DNA of 64,000 bases from Vicinamibacterales bacterium (GTDB lineage: Bacteria > Acidobacteriota > Vicinamibacteria > Vicinamibacterales > UBA2999). The stretch lies in the NCBI GenBank assembly GCA_036742665.1, contig DAINQP010000003.1:3301-67300 (forward strand). Reading direction: 5' to 3'. The position numbers and the translations under genes were made by a program. The notes under the pieces are model-generated. The model made no database searches. It was not told the DNA's origin and was given only the letters and a program-made list of their open reading frames with translations. Of this stretch, positions 43,625 to 52,465 are shown piece after piece; within the stretch, counting starts at the first letter, position 1; each line of letters begins with the position of its first letter.

Positions 43625-44904
43625 TTCGTCCCGGCGATGCCGCTGCCAACGATCGACTGCATCACTGCCGTCTCGAAGTCGTCGCGAATTTCTCCGCGGG
43701 TCGCAAGGCCGACGACCTGCGTCATGAACACGCCGACGACATGCTCGGCGGGATCGATGAAGAAATGGGTATTGAAGGCGCCGCTCCACCCGAAGCTGCC
43801 CTTTGACAGATAGGTGTTGCGGGCGGCCGGGTTGTCTACTACCCGCACGCTCAACCCGAAGCCCTCGCCGGCAAGGCGGCCGGGCAGCGTATCGGGCGCG
43901 AAGACGCTGCTCATCACATCGACGCTCCGCGTGCTCAACAGACGCTTGCCATCGAGCTGTCCTCGATTGAGCAGCATCAGTGCGAACTGCAGGTAGTCCT
44001 CGGCGGTGCTGTAGAGGCCGCCGCCCCCGGACAGATACGCGCCGTTCATGAACGGCGGGTTCGCGGCCTTACGCAGCGAGCCGTTGGCCTGCTCGTAGAG
44101 CGTGGCGACGCGTGAGTTCCCTGCCATCGGATAGAACGCTGTGTCTTTCATGCCGAGCGGTTCGAAGACGCGTTGCCGAGCGAACTGATCGAACGGCATG
44201 CCGGACGCGACTTCCACGACCCGCAGCAGTACGTCGAAGCCAAACTGGCCGCTGTAAGCCCAGCGTGTGCCCGGCTGGAAATCGAGCGGCACTTTCTTGA
44301 GCCGCGGCATGATCTGCGCCACGGTCTCACCGGCCTTCGGCATCACGTCGCTGTTGCTGCTCGCGCTCATGCCACCGCTCATCAGACCGGAGGTGTGCGT
44401 CAGCAGATCGCGCACCGTGATCTCACGGTCGGCGGGCACGGTGCGGCTCGGCATCGCCGCCGTGACCGATCCTGACGGCGCTGGCGCGACGCGCCCCTCG
44501 GTATTCAGCACGACAGCGGAGAGTCCTTGCAAGTCAGGGATGAACTTCGAGACCGGATCGGCGAGTCTGACCTTACCCTCCTCCACCATCATCATCACGG
44601 CCACGCCGACCACGGGCTTGGTCATCGACATGATGCGGAAGATCGCGTCCTTCTGCATCGGCTTGTGCGCCTCGACATCCATCACCCCGTGCGTTTCGAA
44701 GTGGGCAATGCGGCCATTGCGCGCGACGAGTGTGACGGCGCCGGTGAAGGTTTTCGCAGCGATGTGCCGCTGCATCAATTCTCCGATGCGCTTGAGACGC
44801 TCGGTCGAGAGTCCGACGTCTTCAGGACGCGCGGTCGGAGCAGCCGCGGATACGGGCGTAAGGCACAAGGCGATGAGCGCGAGGAACGTCAGGTGTTTGC
44901 GCAT
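43621..44904 (-). CDS. Serine hydrolase, beta-lactamase/transpeptidase-like (class C family)
   Basis: It has a signal peptide and the SxxK motif FRIMSMTKPVVG. Its stop overlaps the stop of the convergent gene (CTAA at 43621-43624). Confidence 0.85.
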   Translation of the reverse strand: MRKHLTFLALIALCLTPVSAAAPTARPEDVGLSTERLKRIGELMQRHIAAKTFTGAVTLVARNGRIAHFETHGVMDVEAHKPMQKDAIFRIMSMTKPVVGVAVMMMVEEGKVRLADPVSKFIPDLQGLSAVVLNTEGRVAPAPSGSVTAAMPSRTVPADREITVRDLLTHTSGLMSGGMSASSNSDVMPKAGETVAQIMPRLKKVPLDFQPGTRWAYSGQFGFDVLLRVVEVASGMPFDQFARQRVFEPLGMKDTAFYPMAGNSRVATLYEQANGSLRKAANPPFMNGAYLSGGGGLYSTAEDYLQFALMLLNRGQLDGKRLLSTRSVDVMSSVFAPDTLPGRLAGEGFGLSVRVVDNPAARNTYLSKGSFGWSGAFNTHFFIDPAEHVVGVFMTQVVGLATRGEIRDDFETAVMQSIVGSGIAGTN

Positions 44905-44915
44905 GGCGGAATACT

Positions 44916-45923
44916 CTACGGCTTCAGTTTGACGAGATATGCCGGATTGTCTTTGAACATCAGCGTCAGGTCGGCTTCGGCGAGGCCCGCCGCACGCAGC
45001 GCCTTGGCCGCCAGCGCCAGCGTGTCGGTGTGATTGGCCCGTCCGGCGAGGCCCGCGTCACTGCCGACGACAAAGTGACTCGCGCCGATCGCCTTCACCG
45101 CCTCCAGCGCGCGGCGCTTCGGTTCTCCCTCAGCGCTGACCGCGCCGCCGGTCAGCTCGATGAACGCGCCGAGATCCGCCGCCTCTTTGAGCTGGCCGAG
45201 CGACATCCACGTGAACTGAGGATCGAGCAACGGATGCGTGACGATGATCCGTTTCACCCCGGCGGCCTTTGCCGCCTTCAGGACCTCCAGCGTTTCCTCC
45301 GGCGTGACGTGGCCCGTGGCCAACGTCAGATCGTGCTCCGCCATCAGACCGATCACCTCGTGCACTTCAGGCAGAAGCTTCCCTCCGTGCGACACACGCA
45401 CGAACGGCCGCTGCTCCTTGTTGTAGCGAACCTCGTGTTCGGAGTCGTGCGTCGGCAGCCAGACGATGCGACCGTAGCCGCCAGCTACATCGATCATGTA
45501 GCGCACGGCCTGCGGGTTGACGCCGCCGACGGCGGTATCGAGCGTCACCGCCCCGAACACCTCGTAGCCTGGCGTCGCGTACTTGCGAACCAGATACGCG
45601 AGGCCGGCGGTTTCAGTCCAATGATTCTTCAGCACGATCCCGCGCAGGCCGCGCTCCTTCGCGAGCTTCGCGATTTCGAAGGCGTCGGCCGACCTCGGAT
45701 AGCTGTCGGGATCGTGATGGGCGTGCAAGTCGATGGCGCCGGCAAGTGCCGGATCGGTCAGGTGCTGATCGGGTTGTGGAACCGTTGGCTTGTGCTTGTA
45801 GGGTTCCCAGTGGGTCTTCGCCCGCTGCGGCGCCTGTCGTGCCGCGAGCGAGAGCGTGGCGAGCGCCCCCGCGGCCAGGCACGCGCACAACAGCAGCAGC
45901 ACATTCACAATGCGTCGAGGCAT
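44916..45923 (-). CDS. Exported metal-dependent hydrolase-like TIM-barrel protein (amidohydrolase/DUF6282-like)
   Basis: ATG 45923 gives a signal peptide (LLLLCACLAAGALA). Motifs are AIDLHAHHDPD, WLPTHDSEHE, ATGH and IVTHP. The track ORF start at 46214 is an extension. Confidence 0.6.
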   Translation of the reverse strand: MPRRIVNVLLLLCACLAAGALATLSLAARQAPQRAKTHWEPYKHKPTVPQPDQHLTDPALAGAIDLHAHHDPDSYPRSADAFEIAKLAKERGLRGIVLKNHWTETAGLAYLVRKYATPGYEVFGAVTLDTAVGGVNPQAVRYMIDVAGGYGRIVWLPTHDSEHEVRYNKEQRPFVRVSHGGKLLPEVHEVIGLMAEHDLTLATGHVTPEETLEVLKAAKAAGVKRIIVTHPLLDPQFTWMSLGQLKEAADLGAFIELTGGAVSAEGEPKRRALEAVKAIGASHFVVGSDAGLAGRANHTDTLALAAKALRAAGLAEADLTLMFKDNPAYLVKLKP

Positions 45924-45953
45924 GCGGCGTATTATGGCCCGGTGGAGAGTGCG

Positions 45954-46418
45954 ATGAATAAGATGGCGATGAGTGCACTGGCGGCGGGCCTCACCGTGTT
46001 GGTGAGCGGTGTGGCCTTTGCCGAAGTCACGCTGAATTCCGTGCGCGTTGCGGCGACTGACACCGAGGCGCTGGCGAAATTCTACAAGGCGGCGTTCGGC
46101 ATGCAGGAGGTCAATCGCATACCGGTCCCCGGCGGACCGGAAATCTTCGTGAACTTTGGAACCACCGTGGACGCCGCCAAAGCGAACCGCACTCCGCCAG
46201 TCGTCATCATGCACCGTGACTCAGACGCGATGAAGGATCCGATCGCGCACGTGATCTTCAACGTCACCGACATGCATGCGACGGTCGCGGCCATCCAGGC
46301 CGCCGGCGGGACCATGACCGGCGAGCCGCGGCCTTACCAGAACACCGGCATCGTGATCGGCATCGCCGTCGATCCCGCGGGCAATCGCATCGAGTTGATC
46401 CAGCGGCCCACGAAATGA
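45954..46418 (+). CDS. Exported VOC-family (glyoxalase/bleomycin-resistance fold) protein
   Basis: GGTGGAGAG lies upstream of ATG 45954, and the signal peptide ends GVAFAEV. Motifs are FYKAAFGMQE, IAHVIFNV and AVDPAGNRIELIQ. The rest of the 462-aa track ORF is antisense. Confidence 0.7.
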   Translation: MNKMAMSALAAGLTVLVSGVAFAEVTLNSVRVAATDTEALAKFYKAAFGMQEVNRIPVPGGPEIFVNFGTTVDAAKANRTPPVVIMHRDSDAMKDPIAHVIFNVTDMHATVAAIQAAGGTMTGEPRPYQNTGIVIGIAVDPAGNRIELIQRPTK

Positions 46419-46437
46419 GCGCCTCGTCCCGATGCCG

Positions 46438-47262
46438 CTACCACGGCGGCAACGTCATGTAGAGGAACTCCTTCAGGTAGGCATCGGGATTGGCCAGCAG
46501 TGCCTCCTGTGTCCCAGCGAAATGAATGCGGCCTTCACGCAGCACGAGGAACTGCACTCGTTCGCCGCTGCCGAGCGCGGCGTCTTCGATTGTCAGCTTG
46601 CCGTCGTGCTGCACCGCCTTGTGAGTGGCGACGTACACCGCGTCACGAATCTGGTGCGTCACGACGATGGACGTCACGTCTTGCAGATCGCGCAGCTTCA
46701 CGATCTCATCATCCACACTGGCTGCAGTGATTGGATCAAGGCCGGTCGTGGGATCGTCCAGAAGCAGCACGCTCGGGTGCGAGGCCATCGCCCGCGCCAT
46801 CGCCACGCGACGACGCTGACCACCGGAAAGCTCGGTCGTGCCACGTTCGCCGTATTCGGCAAGACCGACGAATCCGAGCACCTCCTGCACACGGGAACGG
46901 ACCTCGTCCTCCGGCAGGCGCATCTCCTCGGACAAGCGGTATCCCACATTGTCCGCCACCGTCAGCGAGTCGAATAGCGCGGTCTCCTGGAAGAGCATGC
47001 CAACGTCCGCGCGAACGCGAAGCAGCTCCTGCTCGCTCATACGATCGATGCGGTGCCCGTTGACAAGAATCTGGCCGGCATCCGGCCGGAGCAGACCGAG
47101 AATCAGCTTGAGCGCCACCGACTTCCCGGAACCGCTCGCGCCGAGCACGATCGTCATGCGTCCCTTCGGGACGATGAAGCTGACGTGGTCCAGAACGACG
47201 TGATCGTCGAAGGCCAGCGACACCTCGTCAAACACCACCGCCGGAGCATTCTGTTCCGCCAT
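46438..47262 (-). CDS. ABC transporter ATP-binding protein (MlaF/Mkl-like) with a C-terminal extension
   Basis: Walker A is GASGSGKS, the signature is LSGGQRRRVAMARA, and Walker B is LLLDDPTTGLDP. There is no permease gene on either side. Confidence 0.85.
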   Translation of the reverse strand: MAEQNAPAVVFDEVSLAFDDHVVLDHVSFIVPKGRMTIVLGASGSGKSVALKLILGLLRPDAGQILVNGHRIDRMSEQELLRVRADVGMLFQETALFDSLTVADNVGYRLSEEMRLPEDEVRSRVQEVLGFVGLAEYGERGTTELSGGQRRRVAMARAMASHPSVLLLDDPTTGLDPITAASVDDEIVKLRDLQDVTSIVVTHQIRDAVYVATHKAVQHDGKLTIEDAALGSGERVQFLVLREGRIHFAGTQEALLANPDAYLKEFLYMTLPPW

Positions 47263-47291
47263 CACGACCAGAGTACTCCGTGAAGAGCCGC

Positions 47292-48944
47292 TTATCGCGT
47301 TCTGCCGTCCTTGATGCGCCGGACGTCGCCGGCGAGGATCGTCCATGCCATCCAGAAGCCGCCGGTGGCTGCGGCGAGGAACAGCAGCATCGCGAGGCCT
47401 GGATAGCCGAAGACGGTGAACGACGTCTGGACTCGCATCAGCATGGCGGCTCCGACTATCAATGCCGCCAGGACGAGGCCGAGGGCGATGCGATTGGCCA
47501 CTTTCTGAAAGCCGTCGAGGATCGACCCGTGATCGATGACCTCCACCTTCAGCCGAAGATCGTTAGCGGCCACCGCATCGAGAATCCGATTCGCACGCTC
47601 GGGTAACCGCTCGACGAAGCCGCGCACCTCCAGCGCCGACGCGAGCAGATGCGTGGGCGTGGAACTCTTGACCATCCGCCGGCGCATCAGGCTCGTGGCA
47701 TGCGTCCGCATCGAGCTATTGACGTCAAAGCCCGAGTCGAGCACGCGGCCGATTTCGTGCAGATTGAGGAGCGTCTTGCCGAGCAGCGGCAGCTCCGACG
47801 GCATGCGCAACCCGAATCGGCTGGCACCGCGCGCCATGTCGAGAATCGCGCGTCCGATGTTCAGTTCCTTGGCCGAGCGGTCCTGATAGCTCGCCACCAG
47901 CTCGCCCACCATGCGGCGCATCGGCGCCTCTTGGAAGCCCTCGCCTCGCTCGCCGAGTGAGATGACCACCGCAGCAGCTTCGTCGCCGCGACCGTCGGCA
48001 ATGGCCAGCATCAGCCGGAAGAGGTGCTCCTGCACACTCGCCGACAATCGTCCCACCATGCCGAGGTCGATGAGCCCCAGCCGGCGATCGGGCGTGAGCA
48101 GCACGTTGCCGGGATGCGGGTCCGCATGAAACAGCCCGTCTACCAGAATCTGCTGCAGATAGGCGCGAAAGAGGTCGCTGGCCAGACCACTGCCGTCGAT
48201 CTCGGTCCACTCCACCGGCCCCACTTTCATGATGTTCGTGCCGGCGATGTAGTCCATCGTCAGCACGCGCGACGATGTGTAGTCGTCAACAGGCAGAGGC
48301 ACGATGATGCGCTCGACATCGCGCAGCTGATGCGAGAGCGCCACCATGTTGCGGGCTTCCTGCTGGTAGTCGAGCTCGCGCAGCATGCTCCGTCTGAACT
48401 CGTCGAGAGCGCGCGGGACATCGACGCTGCGAGCCACGCGGCTGAACCGCTCCATGAGCACGGCCAGATCGTCGAGCGTGTCGAGATCCTGAAGGACCTG
48501 CTCGCGCACTTGCGGGCGCTGAATCTTCACAGCGACTTCTCGCCCGCTGCGCAACACCGCGCGATGCACCTGGCCGAGCGATGCGGCAGCAATCGGGGCT
48601 TCGTCAAACGCCACGAAGGCTTTTGACAGCCGGACGTGCAATTCGCGCTCGACGATTTCTACGACCTCGGCGTACGGGAAGGGCTCGACGTCATCCTGCA
48701 GGCGGGCGAGTGCCGCGGTGTACGCGGGTGGCAACAACTCGGCGCGGGTCGACAGCAATTGCCCAAGCTTGATGAATGTCGGACCGAGCGATTCGACGTC
48801 ACGCGCGAACTCATCCGCCTCCGTATCGTCGCGTGACCGCGATCGATGCGGTTCGTCGGGCGCGGTGACGAACTCCGCGCGGCCGTACTTCGCCAGGAAC
48901 GTCGCGAAATCCTTGTAGCGGCTGAGTCGCTCGGCAATTGCCAT
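47292..48944 (-). CDS. ABC1/UbiB-family atypical kinase with C-terminal TM segments
   Basis: Motifs are FIKLGQLLSTRAELLPPAYTAALARLQDDVEPF, AAASLGQVHRA, HADPHPGNVLL and IDLGMVG. Confidence 0.85.
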   Translation of the reverse strand: MAIAERLSRYKDFATFLAKYGRAEFVTAPDEPHRSRSRDDTEADEFARDVESLGPTFIKLGQLLSTRAELLPPAYTAALARLQDDVEPFPYAEVVEIVERELHVRLSKAFVAFDEAPIAAASLGQVHRAVLRSGREVAVKIQRPQVREQVLQDLDTLDDLAVLMERFSRVARSVDVPRALDEFRRSMLRELDYQQEARNMVALSHQLRDVERIIVPLPVDDYTSSRVLTMDYIAGTNIMKVGPVEWTEIDGSGLASDLFRAYLQQILVDGLFHADPHPGNVLLTPDRRLGLIDLGMVGRLSASVQEHLFRLMLAIADGRGDEAAAVVISLGERGEGFQEAPMRRMVGELVASYQDRSAKELNIGRAILDMARGASRFGLRMPSELPLLGKTLLNLHEIGRVLDSGFDVNSSMRTHATSLMRRRMVKSSTPTHLLASALEVRGFVERLPERANRILDAVAANDLRLKVEVIDHGSILDGFQKVANRIALGLVLAALIVGAAMLMRVQTSFTVFGYPGLAMLLFLAAATGGFWMAWTILAGDVRRIKDGRTR

Positions 48945-49172
48945 ACGGAGGAGATGAGCAACGCGTGTGCCCGAGGTAACCGGGCACAGCGACTAAATCG
49001 CGACCCGCGGCACGCATCAGATGTCCAGGGAGATACTCATGAATGGAACGAGAAATCCTTCGCTCGCCTGCATTCGCAGCTCGGCGGAGGAAGTGTGGCT
49101 GCCGCTCCTCTGGCCGCTGACTTCGAGTGGCCAGTTGGATGGCAGCGCGCTTTAGTAGGTTGGCTTTTACGG

Positions 49173-49904
49173 TTAGCGAGCCGAACACGGGGTGGGATTC
49201 CACCCCGTCGCATCGGCGAGCTTCTTGAAGTCCGAGCTCGTCGTATAAGAGCGCGCGAAATACTGCGGGTCCTCGACCTTGGTAATGACAGTCAGCCAGC
49301 GGTCGCCGTTCGGCAGCTCATTGAGGTCCCAATACTCGGTAACGGTCGCCTTCTCGCTGTACGGCGCGCCGTTCTTCCGCACGTAGCCCGGACGCAGATT
49401 CGTGGTGACCACCTTGAGATTGCGCGCGGGAATGTTCCACTGCGCGACCGAGTGTCCCTGCCAACTGGCTTCAGACGGAGGCGACGGGGTTCCGAAACGA
49501 AGCATGCGGGTCTGAGTACCGGTATCGGTTTCCACCTTCAGCGTCGTATCGTCCTGCCACGAGATGCGAAGACGGCCTGGCAGACGCATGATTCCGCCGG
49601 CTCCGTAGGCGCGGCATTGCTCCCCTGCCGCTTCATCCTTCGCCGGATCCCAGCTCTCGCCGAGCTTGCGGCCTTCGGCATTGAGCGGGACGGCATCGAA
49701 GACGCCTTTCGCGGGCGTCACCATTCGATACTTCCAGTCTTCGACAATCGGCGAGACCCAATAGCCGGCGAGATCGATCGGTGCCGCCTGGCGAGGCGTG
49801 AGGGCCGGACCACCGGCTCGGCCGCGACCGCCGGCGCGCTGTGCGTCGAGAGAAAGCGAGCATGCGAGGACGCCGCACGTCGTGAGCAACAGGATTCGAT
49901 TCAC
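49173..49904 (-). CDS. Exported protein of unknown function ('DLxGxW' family, short member)
   Basis: The GTG start at 49904 overlaps the upstream TAG by 1 nt (TAGTG). It has a signal peptide. Motifs are IDLAGYWVS, WQGHSVAQW...LKVVTTNLRPGY, ATVTEYW and VEDPQYF. Confidence 0.7.
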   Translation of the reverse strand: MNRILLLTTCGVLACSLSLDAQRAGGRGRAGGPALTPRQAAPIDLAGYWVSPIVEDWKYRMVTPAKGVFDAVPLNAEGRKLGESWDPAKDEAAGEQCRAYGAGGIMRLPGRLRISWQDDTTLKVETDTGTQTRMLRFGTPSPPSEASWQGHSVAQWNIPARNLKVVTTNLRPGYVRKNGAPYSEKATVTEYWDLNELPNGDRWLTVITKVEDPQYFARSYTTSSDFKKLADATGWNPTPCSAR

Positions 49905-50296
49905 TAATCAACGACCTCGTTTGTGCCGCGACCCCACGTGAAGCCATCCGATGGACGCGTGAGGTTGATCATCAACACGCGATACTCGCCCGGCACCCGC
50001 GAGGGCCGTCCACTGATCACCACCTTGTCGCCCACCTTTAGCGAATCGCGTTTGACACCGGCGGCGGCCAGCTGCGTGGTGCCACCCCACTCGATGGCCC
50101 AGCGCTGCGAGACGCCGCTCGCGTCAGGCGCGTCGATGTGGACGAATGAGTGCGGATTCCGATACACGAACTGGACGATGCTGCCTTCGAGCGTGATGGA
50201 CTTGCCGGTCTCGTAGGTCGCGGCAAACGAGTGGTGGGCGAATGACGTCGAGGCGGTCAGCACGGCGGCAATGGTTATCAGCAGGAGTGTGCGCAT
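49904..50296 (-). CDS. DUF6152-like small exported protein, copy 3
   Basis: ATG 50296 gives MRTLLLITIAAVLTASTSFA|HHSFAATYE...NPHSFVHIDA...WAIEWGG...GDKVVISG. The 30-codon track extension would translate a REP element (GPAEAGHY..EAGHY). Confidence 0.75.
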   Translation of the reverse strand: MRTLLLITIAAVLTASTSFAHHSFAATYETGKSITLEGSIVQFVYRNPHSFVHIDAPDASGVSQRWAIEWGGTTQLAAAGVKRDSLKVGDKVVISGRPSRVPGEYRVLMINLTRPSDGFTWGRGTNEVVD

Positions 50297-50308
50297 CGCT
50301 TTCCTCGC

Positions 50309-50359
50309 GTAGTGTCCGGCTTCAGTGGCCCTCTGGTAGTGTCCGGCTTCAGCCGGACC
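50309..50359. repeat. Two tandem REP-like units (type A variant) in an intercistronic spacer
   Basis: GTAGTGTCCGGCTTCAGTGGCC lies at 50309-50330. GTAGTGTCCGGCTTCAGCCGGACC lies at 50336-50359, with the hairpin GTCCGGC-TTCA-GCCGGAC. Confidence 0.6.
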
Positions 50360-50360
50360 T

Positions 50361-52358
50361 TCAGAGCGTCTTGTAGACCGCCTCAATAAACATGTTCGTC
50401 GTCCAGGGGCCGGTGGTGGCGCCGTAGCGTCCGTCGAAGTCCAGCGTCGGGCGCGCGGCCTTCACCTGCTCGAGCGTCTTACCCTGCTTCTTGAGGTCGC
50501 GGATTCGGTCGCGGATCATCACCAGCATGTTGCGATAGGAGGCGACGTCGGCCGTATCCGACAAACGTCCGCGACCCGGGACGATCCACGTGCCGCCCTG
50601 TGAGCGGTACTCTGCCACCGACAGATCGAGGATCTCATTGAGACCGTCGATGACGCCCTGAATCGTGCCGCCATTCGTCGTGTCGACGAGCGGATAACTG
50701 ATCGTCGAGAACAGGTTACCGGCTGCTATGACTTCCGAGTGACGGAAGAAGACGAAGCTGTCGCTATCCGTGTTGGCCGCCTTCGCGTGATAGAGGATCA
50801 CCGGCTCGCCGTTCACATACTCCGACAGCTTGTAAAAGGCATCGAAGAAGGTGTCAACGGGCCACGCCGCTTCGGGCGCCGCCGCGGCCCTATTCGCCGG
50901 CGTGCTCATCGCCGTCAAGACACCGTCATGGGCAACGATCGTCGCCGCAGTCCCAATCTCGCGCACAGCGCTGCCGAATCCACCAGCGCCGCCCGCGCGT
51001 CGGAAGTTCGCCGAAGCGGCCAGCTTCTCGTTGCCACCGACGTGCTCAGGTGCCGCGCTGGTGTTGATGATGTAGCGGATCGGCCGTGCGGGCCGAGGCG
51101 ACGCGACGACCGCATTGAAGTAGGGACTCGACCAGCTCGGCATCCCCGGACAGTTCGCGCCAAAGCACGTGTTCGTCGCGGGAGGACTCACGACTGATCT
51201 GGCCAGCTCGGTCAACGCCGCGAGAACCTTGTCGGTCATCTGCGCCGAACCGGTGTTGACGATGGCGATGCCGTCGCGGCCGACCGACGCGGTGATGTTC
51301 GTGCCGTCGGCAATCAGGATGTAGACGTTGCCCTGTACCGGCATGACATGGACTTGTCCGTCTCGCGGGCTCTGATCGGCAATGCGCCTGGCGACATCGT
51401 TCGCTGTCTTCGAAACCGGCACCGTCAGGGTGTTCACCGTCGCGCTCTTGGCGAGCACTGCCCGGTACTCCGGATAGATCGTCTTCACGCCACCACGGAT
51501 CGGTTCGAATGGAATCCACGACTGCGTCTTGAGGAACTCGCCGATGCCACTGTTCTGCCCCGGCAGGAAATGCGGCACCCAGTGGCGATCGCGTCCGCCG
51601 TTCTCGGCAAATGACGACCCGCTGCAGTTCTCAGTCGCCGGTCCCGCATTCGGATCGTAGGTGTAGGTGATCGACAGTACGTACGGCTCGTCGAGATAGA
51701 TCGGGTCGTCCACCACCTGCAGAATCGACAGGACGTCGTCGTGGCGGGTGATGTACTCCGTCATCGTCAGCATGTCGGACGTTTGCGGTCCGCCGCGGCG
51801 CAAGTAGCCGTCCTTCAAATGCGTCGTCGTGACCTTCAGCGTCTGACCGATCCATTCGCCGGTGGAGAACCCGCTCCAACTGTGCGGCGCCCACGCCGGT
51901 GGATGTGGACGACCATCGACGAAGATCGGGCGGTCCAGCGAGCGCATGAACTGCACGCGGTAGCCGACGATCTCCCGCGAGATCGGATCGAGATCTTTGA
52001 GAATTCGTGCACCGCCAACGCCGCGCCACTGGTGCGGTGCCGAGTGCGGGCGGCACTGATACTCTGGCGTGCCCCAGATCGATTCGGGTGTGGTGTCGGC
52101 GCGGAGACGTCCCGCCTCGTTGAGCGCGAGACCGAGATAGTCGGCGAGTGGCGGTTGTCCGGGGTCTTCGTTGCTGTCCAGCCGCCATTCTCCGGCGATG
52201 TCGGGTGGCCGCGCACCGCCGCCCTGGGCGGACACACGGAAACTGACCGCAGTGGCGATGGCGAGCGCAAGGAGCACGACCGCCGATCGACTCGCGGACC
52301 CTCGCTCAGGGCAGGCCCGTCGAATTGCAGGCGCTCGCTCATGACAGGCTGGACGCAT
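50361..52358 (-). CDS. Exported fusion protein: 'DLxGxW' family N-domain plus a degenerate metallo-beta-lactamase-fold C-domain
   Basis: ATG 52358 gives a signal peptide ending FRVSAQGG. The N-domain carries DIAGEWRLD, FVDGRPHP, FSTGEWIGQTLKVTTTHL, LTMTEYI and VDDPIYL. In the C-domain, IINTSAAPEHVGGN stands where MBLs have NTHxHxDHxGGN, and AANTDSDS stands where they have GHTxGD. Confidence 0.7.
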   Translation of the reverse strand: MRPACHERAPAIRRACPERGSASRSAVVLLALAIATAVSFRVSAQGGGARPPDIAGEWRLDSNEDPGQPPLADYLGLALNEAGRLRADTTPESIWGTPEYQCRPHSAPHQWRGVGGARILKDLDPISREIVGYRVQFMRSLDRPIFVDGRPHPPAWAPHSWSGFSTGEWIGQTLKVTTTHLKDGYLRRGGPQTSDMLTMTEYITRHDDVLSILQVVDDPIYLDEPYVLSITYTYDPNAGPATENCSGSSFAENGGRDRHWVPHFLPGQNSGIGEFLKTQSWIPFEPIRGGVKTIYPEYRAVLAKSATVNTLTVPVSKTANDVARRIADQSPRDGQVHVMPVQGNVYILIADGTNITASVGRDGIAIVNTGSAQMTDKVLAALTELARSVVSPPATNTCFGANCPGMPSWSSPYFNAVVASPRPARPIRYIINTSAAPEHVGGNEKLAASANFRRAGGAGGFGSAVREIGTAATIVAHDGVLTAMSTPANRAAAAPEAAWPVDTFFDAFYKLSEYVNGEPVILYHAKAANTDSDSFVFFRHSEVIAAGNLFSTISYPLVDTTNGGTIQGVIDGLNEILDLSVAEYRSQGGTWIVPGRGRLSDTADVASYRNMLVMIRDRIRDLKKQGKTLEQVKAARPTLDFDGRYGATTGPWTTNMFIEAVYKTL

Positions 52359-52465
52359 GGTGCGCCGATTATCACTCAAGAAGCGAGCAAATGTGCCTTT
52401 CACGCGTTTACGTGGCTTGACTTTGCGGTGAGGGCGGGATGGAATGCGCCCGTTTGGGAGCATCA

